Shown: piece after piece, positions 30,888 through 41,447 of the stretch
Numbering within the stretch: the stretch's first letter is position 1
Layout of the letters: the number at the start of each line of letters is the position of its first letter
The notes under the pieces: model-generated
What the model saw: the letters and a program-made list of their open reading frames with translations, nothing else
Database searches by the model: none
What the model was told of the DNA's origin: nothing
Position numbers and translations under genes: made by a program
From: a virus
Direction: 5' to 3' (one strand)
Length of the DNA: 64,000 bases
IMG/VR virus record: IMGVR_UViG_3300044699_000112
Coordinates: 10,234-74,233 of that record

Positions 30888-31235
30888 ATGCCCATGCTCA
30901 GCGAGGACCTGGAAATCTACCAGGGCGACGATTACGTGGTGACTGTCACGGTCAAAAACGCAGACGGCACGGCCGCGAATCTGGCGGGCTACACCGCCAA
31001 GGCCGAGGTGCGCCGTACGCCCGCCGATAACGGTCCGGTGATGGCGGCGTTCACCGCCGTGATCCAGACGCCGAACCTCGTTGTGCTGACGCTTTCGAAT
31101 GCGCAGACGCTCCTCCTCGCGGGCACCTTCTTCTGGGACGTGCAGATCAAGAGCCCGGCCGGTGGAGTAACGACGCTCGCCAAGGGGCGGGTCCTGGCGA
31201 CGCCTGAGATCACGCGCGAGGTGGTGATGACGTGA
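30888..31235 (+). CDS. Ig-like fibre adaptor (BppU-N-like)
   Basis: DLEIYQGDD...[19 protein letters not shown]...LTLS..QT...WDVQI...L.KG.V. Confidence 0.6.
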   Translation: MPMLSEDLEIYQGDDYVVTVTVKNADGTAANLAGYTAKAEVRRTPADNGPVMAAFTAVIQTPNLVVLTLSNAQTLLLAGTFFWDVQIKSPAGGVTTLAKGRVLATPEITREVVMT

Positions 31236-34200
31236 CAAGGATCATCGAGCTCGAGGCGACGATCCAAAAGCCGAACCTGATCGTCACTCTCGCCCCGGCG
31301 AACGGGTACACGGTTTCGCTCGCCGCGGGTACGCCGATTCCAGGCCCTCCCGGTCCCCAGGGCCCGCAAGGGATACCCGGTCCGGTCGGTCCAAAAGGTG
31401 ATACCGGCGATACCGGTTCGACAGGTCCACCCGGTCCGACCGGAAGTACCGGAGCCACCGGGAGTGTCGGTCCCCAGGGCCCGAAAGGCGATACCGGGAG
31501 CACCGGAGCGACCGGCGCCACTGGTAGTACCGGAGCTCAAGGTGTCCCCGGTCCCCCTGGCAGTCAGGGCCCTGCCGGAAGTGCCGGTCCACAAGGTATC
31601 CCCGGTGTTCCAGGTGAGGTCGGTCCAGTCGGCCCGGCCGGAGCGACCGGAGCCCAGGGCCTCAAAGGTGATCAAGGCGATCAAGGTATCCCAGGGACTC
31701 CTGGTATCACCGGCCCGCAGGGCCCGATCGGAGCCACCGGCGCGACCGGCGCGACCGGCGCCACGGGCAGTCCCGGCGCCCCCGGTGCGATCTCGATCGT
31801 GCAGGACGAGGGCGTGGCCCTCGCGGTCCAGAACACGCTGAACTTTGTCGGAGCAGGCGTTGTGGCCGCCGACGATTCGGCGAACGGCAGAACCACGATT
31901 ACCATCTCCGGCGGCAGCGCCGGTCACGTCATCCAGGAGGAAGGTACACCTCTCATCGCCAGGGCTGCCCTGAACTTCACCGGCCCCGGCGTCATTGCCA
32001 CCGACGACGTAGCCAATAGCCGCACCAATGTCACCATCACGGGCGTCCCTCAGACGCCGTGGCTCCAGAACATCAACGCCGCGGGCTTCACTCTCGGCCG
32101 TGTCGCGGCGATCGGTGTCGGCCCCTCTGCCGACGCTATAGCGAGCATCGGCATCTTCATCGACGGCACTGGTTTCTTCGACGGTCTCAAACAAATCAAC
32201 TCCAGCCCCACCGGCTGGGCGGGCTGCCAGTTACAGAACGACGCCGGGTCCACTATCACCATGCGCGTCTACGGGACTGGCCGGTCACCGTCGAACCTCG
32301 CGCGCATCGAAACGAGCGGGCCGCTTTCCTTCACTGTCCAAAGCGTCGAGGTGGTGCGCCTGTCGCTCGATGGCAAAGTAGGCATCCGCAAAGCGCCGAC
32401 CACTTACTCGCTGGAGGTCTCCGGGGACTGCGATATTACAGGCGTCTACAGGGTTAACGGTGTCCCATTCACCTCTGGTCAACCCCAAACGCCTTGGGCG
32501 CAGCATGTCAGCGCCGCCAACTTCAACCTTACTAACCTCGCCTCCCTGATGATGGATCACCCTACCAATCAGGTGTACATGGACATCCGCACCAACGGCG
32601 TAACCGGCTTCACGTTTGCGCGGTACACCGGAATCGCTGGTGTCAACGGCGATACCGAGATGATCCACTGGGGGACCGGGGTACTCACACTCGAAACCGC
32701 TGATGCCGCTTCCAAGCTGAAACTCAGGTCCAATACTGTCCAGGTCATTGGCACCGCTGCCACCACCGACCTCGTTATCGACACCACCACCGCTGGCACA
32801 CCTTACCTCAACTTTAAATCGGCTGGTTTCGTCAAAGGGCAAATCATGGCTACCAACGGCGGGTCCATGAACCATATCACCGACGTTGGCGTCATCGCCA
32901 TCACCATCGTGTCTGACGGCAGGGTAGGGATAGGCAAGACCCCTGCCTCGTTCAAGCTGGACGTGAATGGCAGCGTGAATGTCCCAACGGGCAGCACCTA
33001 TAACATTAACGGCGTGCCACTCACCAGCGGCCAACCGCAGACACCGTGGGCGCAGAACATCGACGCCGCCACCTTCACCCTGTCCAACGTTGGCGCTATC
33101 GGCGTAGGAACCGGGGCTGGCCCAGCAGCGTCCTATAACTCCGTCAGTGCCACTGTTAGCGATGGGTTCCGCCATACCTGCACTGCCGCTGCCGCATTCT
33201 CTGGCGTCAGGCTCCTCAACGACATTGGCACCACTCTCCAAGTGCGAATGTATGGGTCTACGCAGGGGCTTTTTCCCGACATTGCCGTGATCAACAGCGA
33301 TAAGATCCTGGTCCTGGCAACAGCGAATACTGATCGTCTGCGGATCACTGCGGATGGCAACGTGGGCATCGGCAACACCGGTGTACCACCACATAGCGCC
33401 GCAGGGTTTCAGCACCTCATATTTGGTCCCGCCTCACCCGTATCCACCGTCTCCCCAATGCTCACCATCGCCGGTGATGGGGCTACCCTCGCCTTTGCCA
33501 ACTACAAGATCACCGCCACCGAGAAGCGTATAACGCAGATTGTGTGCTCTGCCAGTGGAGTCAACGGTGACAGCGGCAGCTTTGTCTTCTACACATGGAA
33601 TGCCGGGGCCGCTGTCGGTGGGATGACCATCGACCCGTCTGGCAAAGTTCAGGTAGGCCCAGGCGCGACAGCCACGTACCCACTCAACGTTGCGGGGGAT
33701 TGCAACGTGACCGGCGTATACCGGATCAACGGTGTCCCACTTAGTACGGGCGGCGGCTCGCAGACGCCGTGGCTCACTGACATCGACGGCGGTGGCAAAT
33801 CCCTGACGAATTGCTCTTCGATCACACTCGTGGGTGGCGTTGCTCTAACTCTCTTCGGGCCGACTTCGGTGGGTGTGGCGCAAATAGAACTTCAAAACCA
33901 AGGCGCAGCCAGATGGGCATTTGGGCGCGGCCCAGGCGATGGGTCAGACAACTTCAATTTCTATAGCTATGTCACCAGCGGCATCATTATGCGGATTTCG
34001 CCGACCGCCGCCGCCAACCGATTGAACATAACAGGCAACAATGTCGGCATTGGTACAGCCACTCCCCCATTGCCTCTGAGCGTGATGGGAGGGTATGCCG
34101 ATCCCGTCCTGGGTACAGGATACAAGGGTACTCTGGCCGTCCTCCCGAGCGACACCACCTGGGGGATGCTCTTCGGCGCCCGCGCTGATGGGACCGGCTG

Positions 34201-35598
34201 GATTCAAATGCAGCGCACAGATGCCACCGCTGCCTCTTACCCACTGGCGCTGAACCCGCTGGGCGGCAGCCCGGTCGGCATTGGCTGCATTGCCCCCAAT
34301 CTCTACACGGGCGCTGGGTTGGTTGTCGTCAGCGGAACTGCGGGTAAGCAAATTCAAGTCATAGAACCGGGCGGCAATGCTCAATACCGCCTGGAAGTGG
34401 GTTACGCCGTCCTTGCCGGGAACTGGGCCGGCCGCATCCAGGCCCTAGTGACGGAGACGCCCTACCAACTGCACTTGAACCCGCTGGGCGGTGGCGTGAG
34501 CATTGGTCCCTCTACTACTATTCCAGCCGTTGGGTTACAACTTGTGGGGACTGGGCAAGCAACTACTACGCCGACTTTTCCAGGGGGGGCTCATGGATGC
34601 ACTCTATTAATAGCTGATACTAACCCGCCGGGGGCTGCGGGTGGGATGCTGGCCTTTGGAGGCCGCGGTTCGGATGGCAGCGCCTTCGCCGCAATCAAGG
34701 GCTACTACAGTAATGGCGGGGGCAACACTGCCGGGTGGCTGATGTTCCTCACTCGCCGTAGTGTCGATTCCGCAACCCTCACTCCTGCGATGACGATTGT
34801 AGAGAACGGCTCAGTCGGCATCGATTGTCTGCCGGGATGTACTCTCTCAACTGGCAGTACTCTTGCTACCTGTAAGATCGCCACCTACGAACTGTCAAAT
34901 GGGTTCTTCGGCATCGGTGTTCAGAACGGCGTCCTGACCTTCGCGCTGGCATCGTTGGGGTCGATGCCGCGGCCACGATGAACCTGTCCTCGGCCGGTAA
35001 GTTGGCAATCGGCAACGGCAATACTGCTAGCCCTGCCTGTACCATCCATGTTGCATCTGGAGGAATATATGCTGGGCCATCAGGTCTCTTTATAGAAGGT
35101 GCAGATATGACCAGCCTTGTCAATGGCGCACCTTACTATGGAGTTGGGAGAAACAATGCCACTGGTGGGACGCAGGTAGCTGGGTATAACTATGTTCATC
35201 TTCAGACTAGTGGGTTTCAAACGATCCAATATGGTAACAGGATGCATTTTGTCCCAACTGCTGTGGTGAACACCTTCGCGCAAGCATCCCAGCACCTTAA
35301 GATCTGTGAGCCGTCCAATGCCGCTGGCTATGGCATGACTCTTGGGTATGGGATTCCAAGTGCCAGATACGGCGGCATGATCCAGGCATGGGACAACGGT
35401 GCGCCGGGAACATTGTACCTGAATCCTGGCGGCGGCAATATCGTCATGGCGAATTCGGCAGCCTGGGGAGCAGACACCGCGAATATGCCGCTTGGGACGA
35501 TGATGATCTACTACAATCATACGGACGGTCGATTGTACTTCTACGTTAAGAGAACTGATTCCCAAACAATAAGACAGACTAACTTGTTATTGTCATAG
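31232..35598 (+). CDS. Collagen-like fibre protein with repeated beta modules (indel near 34950 joins ORFs 31232-34981 and 34978-35598)
   Basis: 50 consecutive Gly-X-Y triplets; four QTPW....A/G repeats; recurrent G.VGIG fibre motifs continue into the second ORF. Confidence 0.75.
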
Positions 35599-35613
35599 AG
35601 AAAAGAGGTTCCA

Positions 35614-35901
35614 ATGACTTACACAGAGAGCGCCGCGCTGATGAGCGACCAGACGTTCAGAGGGCGCGTCCAGGTGGCCGTCCTGAAGTACGCTGACTCG
35701 ATCATGATCGAGGCTTCGAGCGTGCCAGCGCATAACACGCGCGAGCGGTGGGCGCTGCAAGCGATGCAGAACCCGTCGATGGTGGCCTCGCAGATTCAGC
35801 CGCCCACGGTGATGGACCCAGCAGTGCAAGCGGCGGGCGCTGCCGTCGAAGATCTCGCGTTGCAGGGGGCCGTTGAGTCGGTTGTGAATAAGCTCCTTTG
35901 A
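35614..35901 (+). CDS. Small fibre-associated phage protein
   Basis: GAGG RBS; AALM.D..FR.RV.VA pattern common downstream of fibres. Confidence 0.55.
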   Translation: MTYTESAALMSDQTFRGRVQVAVLKYADSIMIEASSVPAHNTRERWALQAMQNPSMVASQIQPPTVMDPAVQAAGAAVEDLALQGAVESVVNKLL

Positions 35902-35902
35902 C

Positions 35903-36349
35903 CTATGAGGCTTTCTTTCGATGCAAATAGGCAAGCGTACGCTGGCGTCCACATTCCCGGCAGAAATATCCCTTTTTGCCGATGTAGGTGTTGGCGGCAT
36001 CGTAGGGGTGGCCATGAATGCAGTGGGTCCGTTTCTGGTAATAGCTCTTGCCACGGCGCATATTCTCCGCATGTGTAACCGGTTCCAAGTGAGCGGGGTT
36101 GACGCAGTGCCGCGTTCTGCACAGGTGGTCGATTTCCAAGCCCTTGGGGATAGCGCCGATGAGATGCTCATAAATCAACCGGTGGGCCAAATAGCGTTTA
36201 TACTGCCAGCCACAAAGGCCATAACCATTTGGCATGATCGTTCCAGTCCAGAGCCAACATTGGCCCGGTTGTCTGTCTGGGATACGTTTATCCAGCAGTT
36301 CCTCAATCGTCTTAAACTTGGGGCGGCGGATAGAATTGATTCGTGGCAT
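35903..36349 (-). CDS. HNH homing endonuclease
   Basis: CWLWTG, NGYG, AHR, DHLCR...CVNPAHLEPVT..EN, C-terminal THC..GH...CREC; opposite strand and lower GC than its neighbours. Confidence 0.92.
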   Translation of the reverse strand: MPRINSIRRPKFKTIEELLDKRIPDRQPGQCWLWTGTIMPNGYGLCGWQYKRYLAHRLIYEHLIGAIPKGLEIDHLCRTRHCVNPAHLEPVTHAENMRRGKSYYQKRTHCIHGHPYDAANTYIGKKGYFCRECGRQRTLAYLHRKKAS

Positions 36350-36430
36350 TCGGGAAACCTCAACTTTCCTGGTGTCGGGCGGGGGACGTTACTAGCGTCT
36401 ACCCGCCCACTCATTTAACCATAGGAAAGT

Positions 36431-36784
36431 GTGATGCAAAGTCTGACCTTACCCTTCTACCAACGAATCCTCCTTTGGAATATCGTTGGTAATCACGCCG
36501 CCCCCAACCTCAAGGAGGCCAGCGTGGGTCTGCGCGTCATCGAGAAGCTCAGGCTCACCGACGAGGAGCAGTTGGAAAGCGAGTTCTCCGTCAACGGCCA
36601 GCAGTACGGCTGGAAGCTGCCAGACCCAGACTACGGGACCAAGACCGTGGACCTGGAGACGGACGAGGGAAAGTCGCTGGCGGCGGCGATTGAGGCCGCG
36701 CCGACGCGCGTGATGGACGCCGTCTGGCTGCAACCGATCGTCGACAAGCTGACCGCTTCCCCGAACGGCGCCAAGCCCTCCTAA
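36431..36784 (+). CDS. Putative fibre assembly chaperone (paralogue of 15920-16342)
   Basis: AGGA RBS; last gene of the second fibre module. Confidence 0.5.
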   Translation: MMQSLTLPFYQRILLWNIVGNHAAPNLKEASVGLRVIEKLRLTDEEQLESEFSVNGQQYGWKLPDPDYGTKTVDLETDEGKSLAAAIEAAPTRVMDAVWLQPIVDKLTASPNGAKPS

Positions 36785-36862
36785 TCCTCCGGGTCCAAGC
36801 CAGGGGTAAGGGCGTACTCGTAGACGCTGGCTTCTTTTCACTGGAGCGCCGCCCGGAATACC

Positions 36863-36900
36863 TTGCGCAAAGAGTCAACTTGCCTCATACTTGACTCTGC
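36863..36900 (+). promoter_or_regulatory. Sigma70-like promoter with overlapping operator palindrome
   Basis: TTGCGC-17-CATACT; inverted repeat AGAGTCAA-N12-TTGACTCT spans the -10. Confidence 0.55.
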
Positions 36901-36907
36901 GTTAAGT

Positions 36908-37120
36908 ATGGACACCATCAATGGCTTCGGCTCCGATTCCGAGCGTGCCGCATTCCTCAAGACTCACCGCGGCATTCTGAGCCGCATCGCCGAGCGGCTC
37001 CACATGTCGACGGCGGCCGTCTCGAGGACGTATCACGGCATCACCAGGGAGACCAATCCCCACATTGTCGAAGCCATCGCTGAAGCCATCGCTGAAACGC
37101 GGAAAGCAAAGAAGAGGTGA
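36908..37120 (+). CDS. Small Cro-like HTH regulator
   Basis: LSRIAERLHMSTAAVSRTYHG HTH; first gene of the replication operon. Confidence 0.65.
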   Translation: MDTINGFGSDSERAAFLKTHRGILSRIAERLHMSTAAVSRTYHGITRETNPHIVEAIAEAIAETRKAKKR

Positions 37121-37126
37121 GGTTGA

Positions 37127-38383
37127 ATGGCTGATCAAGAACAAGCCCTGGTGCGCTCCGGCGGAGACGTGACGCGCAACCAGATGGGGGAAGTGACCCA
37201 GCGTACCGCGGTGGACGTTGCGGCCGCGACCCAGGTGGCGCATGCCCAGGCGGTGGTGCAGGCCCGGTACGTGATGGCGATCCAGCGGCCGCGCAACGAG
37301 GCGCAGTTCCGCTCGAAGCTGATGGAGGCCGTGGCCGATCCCGAGTTTGCGGCGCTCTGTGAGTACCGCAGACCCGTGGGGAAAGAGAAGAACGCGCAGG
37401 GCAAGTGGGTGGATAAGATTGCCACGGGGCCCACGATCCACCTGCTGCGGTGCGCGTTGAGATTGTTCGGCAACAACTCCAGCGAGCCCGCGATCATCAC
37501 CGAGACGCCCGACCTGCGGATCGGCGCCGTCACGATCTCCGACTATGAGACGAATTTTCACGTGGTGAGGACGTACTCGATCGAGAAGCGGATCGAGAAG
37601 CGCGGCTACGAGAACCGGCAGACCCACAAGCTCGAGCCGCCCGCGGGCCGCGAGATCCTGGGTACGCGCCTGAACACCGAGGGCGAGGAAGTCTACGTCG
37701 TCCGCATGACGCTCGACGAGCTCAGGAAAGAAGAGCTCCGGCAGACGGCCCTGGCCAAGCGCGCCGCGGCCGAGGAGTTCCTGCCCAGGCATACCATCCG
37801 GGCGGCCCTGCTGCGGGCGGTGCAGATCACCAAGGAAGCCGACGCCAAGGACCCGCAGGGCGCCAAGAACAAACTGATCGACGCCTTTGCCGAGCTCCGC
37901 ATCATGGCGCTCGACCTCGAACAGTACCTGGGGCATACCCTCGACCGGCTCTCCACCGAGGAGCTCGGCGACCTCCGCGGCGTCTGGACGCGCCTCAGCA
38001 ATGAGGAGGCGACCTGGGAGGAGTGCCTCCGCGAGCGCAATCCCACCGGCACCAGCGAGGACGCTGAGAAGGTGAAGGCCGAGAAGCTCGCCGCACTGCG
38101 CGCCGGGACGCCGGAGAAGCCTGAGCCGAAGTCGGCCGAGCAGGCGGCGACCGGAACGGTAGTTGCGCCGGTGGACGCCCCCGCTGGCGATCCCCGCTTC
38201 ATCACCGTCGATCAGGCGCAGGAGTTCGCCCAGATCATCCACGCTAACAACCTCGACGACGAGCAGATCCAGAAGCTCGTGAAGGCCGGGGGCGCCGATC
38301 GCTACGACCGGATGAAGCCGGAGCTCTACCCGGCCGTGCTGCTCATGGCCAAGGGCACCAAGGGCAAAGGGGGGAAGAAATGA
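37127..38383 (+). CDS. Putative recombination (single-strand annealing-like) protein
   Basis: VQARYVMAIQRPRNE...Y.RP.G...I.GPTI pattern; GAGGT RBS; adjacent to the SbcC-like ATPase; function inferred from context. Confidence 0.4.
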   Translation: MADQEQALVRSGGDVTRNQMGEVTQRTAVDVAAATQVAHAQAVVQARYVMAIQRPRNEAQFRSKLMEAVADPEFAALCEYRRPVGKEKNAQGKWVDKIATGPTIHLLRCALRLFGNNSSEPAIITETPDLRIGAVTISDYETNFHVVRTYSIEKRIEKRGYENRQTHKLEPPAGREILGTRLNTEGEEVYVVRMTLDELRKEELRQTALAKRAAAEEFLPRHTIRAALLRAVQITKEADAKDPQGAKNKLIDAFAELRIMALDLEQYLGHTLDRLSTEELGDLRGVWTRLSNEEATWEECLRERNPTGTSEDAEKVKAEKLAALRAGTPEKPEPKSAEQAATGTVVAPVDAPAGDPRFITVDQAQEFAQIIHANNLDDEQIQKLVKAGGADRYDRMKPELYPAVLLMAKGTKGKGGKK

Positions 38384-39720
38384 CCCGGCGCCTGAAGAGT
38401 GTTCAAATCAAGAACATCAAGGGCATCGAATCGCTCGCCTTTGAGACCGGCGCTGTTACCATCCTGCGGGGGAGGAATGGCGCCGGGAAAACCTCTGTGG
38501 TCGATGCGCTCCTGGCCGTGTTCGAAGGGGGCCACGACCCGGACCTGATCCGCCGCGGAACCAAGGAGGGCTCAGTCCTCCTCTCTTTGGACGACGGCGT
38601 GACGATCAAGAAGACAATCAAGCCCGAACGGTCTACACTTGAAGTCCGCACGGCTGATTCCGGCAAAGTCAACGCGGAAGCGACCTACGTCAAAAAACTC
38701 ACCAGCGGCCTCCGCTTCAACCCGGCCGCGTTCATCTCAATGTCAGGGCGGGAGCGGGCCGCAGAGCTCGCCAAGGCCATGCCAGTCCAGTTCCAGGGGA
38801 CCGAGGTGAACGCGGCCGCGAACGAGGCCATCCTGGCCGACCAGGAGGTGATCGACCAGCGGCGCCTCGACGAGATCCGCAACGGGCGCTACGCCTCCAG
38901 GACCGACGTACGGCGCGAGCAGGACGCCGCCGAGGGATTCATTATCGAGACCGAGCGGAACCTGCCCACGGGCACGCCAGCGTCCTGGGCGGGCGTCGTA
39001 GAGATGCTCCGGGTCCAGGTGGGCGATGCCAAGGCCGCCCTGGAGAAGGAGCTCGCCGAGGTGGAGCGCAAGGCAATCGGTGTCGTCAACGGGATGCGCG
39101 ACACCCTGGACGAGAACCTCGCCGTGCTGAAGAAGCAGTACGACGAGGCGGTCGCCACGCTCAACTGGAACTACAACTCCGGCCAAGCAGAAGTGGTCAA
39201 GAGCATGGAGGCCGAGAAGCACGATCTCCGGGCCTCCGCCGCTGCCCAACTCGAGGACCTGACCCAGAGCTTGGGCCAAGCCGAGGCTTCCCTGGCCGAG
39301 CAGAACCGGGTCGAAGGCCAGCGCGCCCAACTCGAGAAAATGCGTGTCTCGGCTCAGAAGCTAAACAAACGCTGGAACCAACTCGACACCGCGGTCAAGG
39401 GCCTGGACCGCCTGAAGTCCGAGAAGCTCGCGACACTTCCCATTCCTGGCATCGAAGTGCGGCTGGACGAAAAGAACATGCCCGAGGTCTACATCGATAA
39501 CGTGCCCTGGCCGCATGTGAATAAATCCATGCAGTGCAAAGTCGCGATCACGATCGCCGCGCAGGCCCTCGGCGAGCTCCCGCTCATGGTGTTAGATGAG
39601 TCCGAGGTGCTCGACGCCGAGAATATGATGTTACTAACAGCCTCGGCGAAGGATCTGGGCATGCAGATCATCCTGGCGCGCGTAGAAAGCGGCGCTGAGT
39701 TACAGGCGGTGGAGGCTTGA
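38380..39720 (+). CDS. SMC/SbcC-like coiled-coil ABC ATPase
   Basis: IKNIKGI, Walker A GRNGAGKTS, long coiled coil, Walker B MVLDE. Confidence 0.85.
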   Translation: MTRRLKSVQIKNIKGIESLAFETGAVTILRGRNGAGKTSVVDALLAVFEGGHDPDLIRRGTKEGSVLLSLDDGVTIKKTIKPERSTLEVRTADSGKVNAEATYVKKLTSGLRFNPAAFISMSGRERAAELAKAMPVQFQGTEVNAAANEAILADQEVIDQRRLDEIRNGRYASRTDVRREQDAAEGFIIETERNLPTGTPASWAGVVEMLRVQVGDAKAALEKELAEVERKAIGVVNGMRDTLDENLAVLKKQYDEAVATLNWNYNSGQAEVVKSMEAEKHDLRASAAAQLEDLTQSLGQAEASLAEQNRVEGQRAQLEKMRVSAQKLNKRWNQLDTAVKGLDRLKSEKLATLPIPGIEVRLDEKNMPEVYIDNVPWPHVNKSMQCKVAITIAAQALGELPLMVLDESEVLDAENMMLLTASAKDLGMQIILARVESGAELQAVEA

Positions 39721-40154
39721 AAGCTATAACTTTGCATCAGCCTTTTGCGACCCTAGTTAGTATAGGTGCGAAGAAATACGAAACCCGCACGTGGGCCCCC
39801 GAGGACTATCGGGGGCCGCTCGCCATCCACGCCGGAAAGAAGACCGACGAGCTCCCGCTGTTCTGGGATGAGTCGTTCTGCGAGGTGCTCCAACCGGCAG
39901 GCTACGAGGGTCCGGAGACGCTGCCGCTCGGCGCCGTCGTCTGCATCGCCACGCTCGCCGAGTGCATCTCCACCAATCACACTCAATTCCCCGAGGACTC
40001 GCCGAAAGACTGGCTGGCCTTCGGGGACTTCGGGCCTGACCGCTGGGCCTGGAAACTTACCAACATCAAGCGCCTGGATCCGCCAATCCCGGCGCGCGGC
40101 TATCAGAACTTATGGGACTGGGATGCGCCGCCGGAGGTGCTGGCGCTTCTGTAA
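39717..40154 (+). CDS. ASCH domain protein
   Basis: KAITLHQPFATLV..GAKKYETRTW...YRGPLAIHAGK...GYQNLW. Confidence 0.9.
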   Translation: MKAITLHQPFATLVSIGAKKYETRTWAPEDYRGPLAIHAGKKTDELPLFWDESFCEVLQPAGYEGPETLPLGAVVCIATLAECISTNHTQFPEDSPKDWLAFGDFGPDRWAWKLTNIKRLDPPIPARGYQNLWDWDAPPEVLALL

Positions 40155-40171
40155 CCACGGGGGTTCAACCG

Positions 40172-40519
40172 ATGGCGATCAACCGGAAACGATTCCAGGA
40201 GTTAGATGCCCTGATCCGGGGCGGCTACGGTGACATGAAGCAGGACGACATTCCGGACGAGGTGCTCGATGCCGTCGAGGCCGGTGAGGAAGTCCCCTTC
40301 CGCGGGCCTAACCGGGACACAAATTTCTGGCGCCCGATCGACGCGGCGCCGGTCCGTCCCCCGCCCAAGCGGCGCTCCCATGAGAAAAAAAAACGAGTGA
40401 TCACCCAGTCCCAGCGCGACCGGATTAACGCCCGCGCCAGGGCCCGGTGGAACTACCGACCGCCCCGAAAGATAGAAAGGAACCCAGAACAATGCCCGTC
40501 CTTACCGTGCTCGGAGTAA
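40172..40519 (+). CDS. Hypothetical protein, basic C-terminus
   Basis: ORF in operon. Confidence 0.45.
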   Translation: MAINRKRFQELDALIRGGYGDMKQDDIPDEVLDAVEAGEEVPFRGPNRDTNFWRPIDAAPVRPPPKRRSHEKKKRVITQSQRDRINARARARWNYRPPRKIERNPEQCPSLPCSE

Positions 40520-41010
40520 CTCCCGAGACACTTACTCTCAGAGGCAAGAAGAACGCCTTCATGCTGACAATGACGGCCAGCGGAGACATCTCCGCCAAGC
40601 TCGCCGAGATCATGGGTTGGGAGAGCCTGCTCTATGACGACGGCACGCTCCGCGAGAACTGGGATTCGATCGAGCTCGAAAGCTCGGTCGGCTCCGGAGA
40701 GATGGTACTTACTCCCAACGGCAGGGACGGCAAGAGCCGCGCACTTACTATCAACATCAGCGGCGCCGAGAACTTTAAGGCCGTCCGCAAGGGTGGTGAT
40801 AACGGCGATCAAACGCGGCTCACCTTAAGATCAAGACCGCGGTCGAGAACGGCGAGGCCGTCCTGGGCGCCTTCTGGCGGGAGAATCAGAACGTCGTTTG
40901 CCGGATGCGGATCTCTTACGCCGTCCAGGCCTAAGTTATTCGAGCCGCCGACAGACGAAGAAGGCCAGTCGGCAGATGAAGATACCGGGGACCGAGGAGG
41001 AGTAAGTTGA
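40492..41010 (+). CDS. Hypothetical protein (internal indels likely)
   Basis: AAAGGA RBS; protein-like N-terminal two thirds. Confidence 0.5.
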   Translation: MPVLTVLGVTPETLTLRGKKNAFMLTMTASGDISAKLAEIMGWESLLYDDGTLRENWDSIELESSVGSGEMVLTPNGRDGKSRALTINISGAENFKAVRKGGDNGDQTRLTLRSRPRSRTARPSWAPSGGRIRTSFAGCGSLTPSRPKLFEPPTDEEGQSADEDTGDRGGVS

Positions 41011-41225
41011 ACTCCTGGAAGGTCGAAGTAATCGCCGACGACAGTGATGTCTGGTGCACGAATGCCATGCGCTACGCTACCGAGGTGTCCGCCCTCGCGG
41101 CGGGCACGAGTCTGGCGAACCGCTGGACGCTCGTCAGGGCGTGGCGCGTGGTCGAGAGCGAGGACATGCCCAATGAGGTGGATCCTCTGGCTGCTGCTGC
41201 TGAAGCTGACGTGCCGACTGAATAA
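41007..41225 (+). CDS. Conserved small phage protein
   Basis: GAGGAG RBS; SWK.EVIAD.S..W..NA.R.AT...RW..V...RVVES.D..N pattern. Confidence 0.6.
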   Translation: MNSWKVEVIADDSDVWCTNAMRYATEVSALAAGTSLANRWTLVRAWRVVESEDMPNEVDPLAAAAEADVPTE

Positions 41226-41244
41226 GAGGCTACAAGGAAAATAA

Positions 41245-41447
41245 ATGGAACCAATCATGCAGTTCTTCGCCTACGAGCACTTACCCGCTGCCCTTCAGGA
41301 GGTAAGTGCTCCCTTCGGCAAGCTCGCCGAGGCGATCCGTTATAACCTTGCCGCGGAACCCGGAGCGCACCGTGGCCCTGCGTAAGTTGCTCGAGAGTAA
41401 GGGACGCGGCTGTTCGTGCCAAACTCTACCAAGATCCCCAAGGCTAA
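41245..41447 (+). CDS. Small helical-hairpin protein, Acb2/Tad1-like (two 1-nt insertions; absent from the ORF track)
   Basis: Corrected reading MEPIMQFFAYEHLPAALQEVSAPFGKLAEAIVITLPRNPERTVALRKLLESKDAAVRAKLYQDPQG; AAGGA RBS. Confidence 0.55.

Noticed and set aside
11008-35598. Diversity-generating retroelement or invertible fibre switch
   Set aside because: No reverse transcriptase, no adenine-specific TR/VR pair and no inverted fibre tips were seen; the fibre repeats are diverged protein modules.
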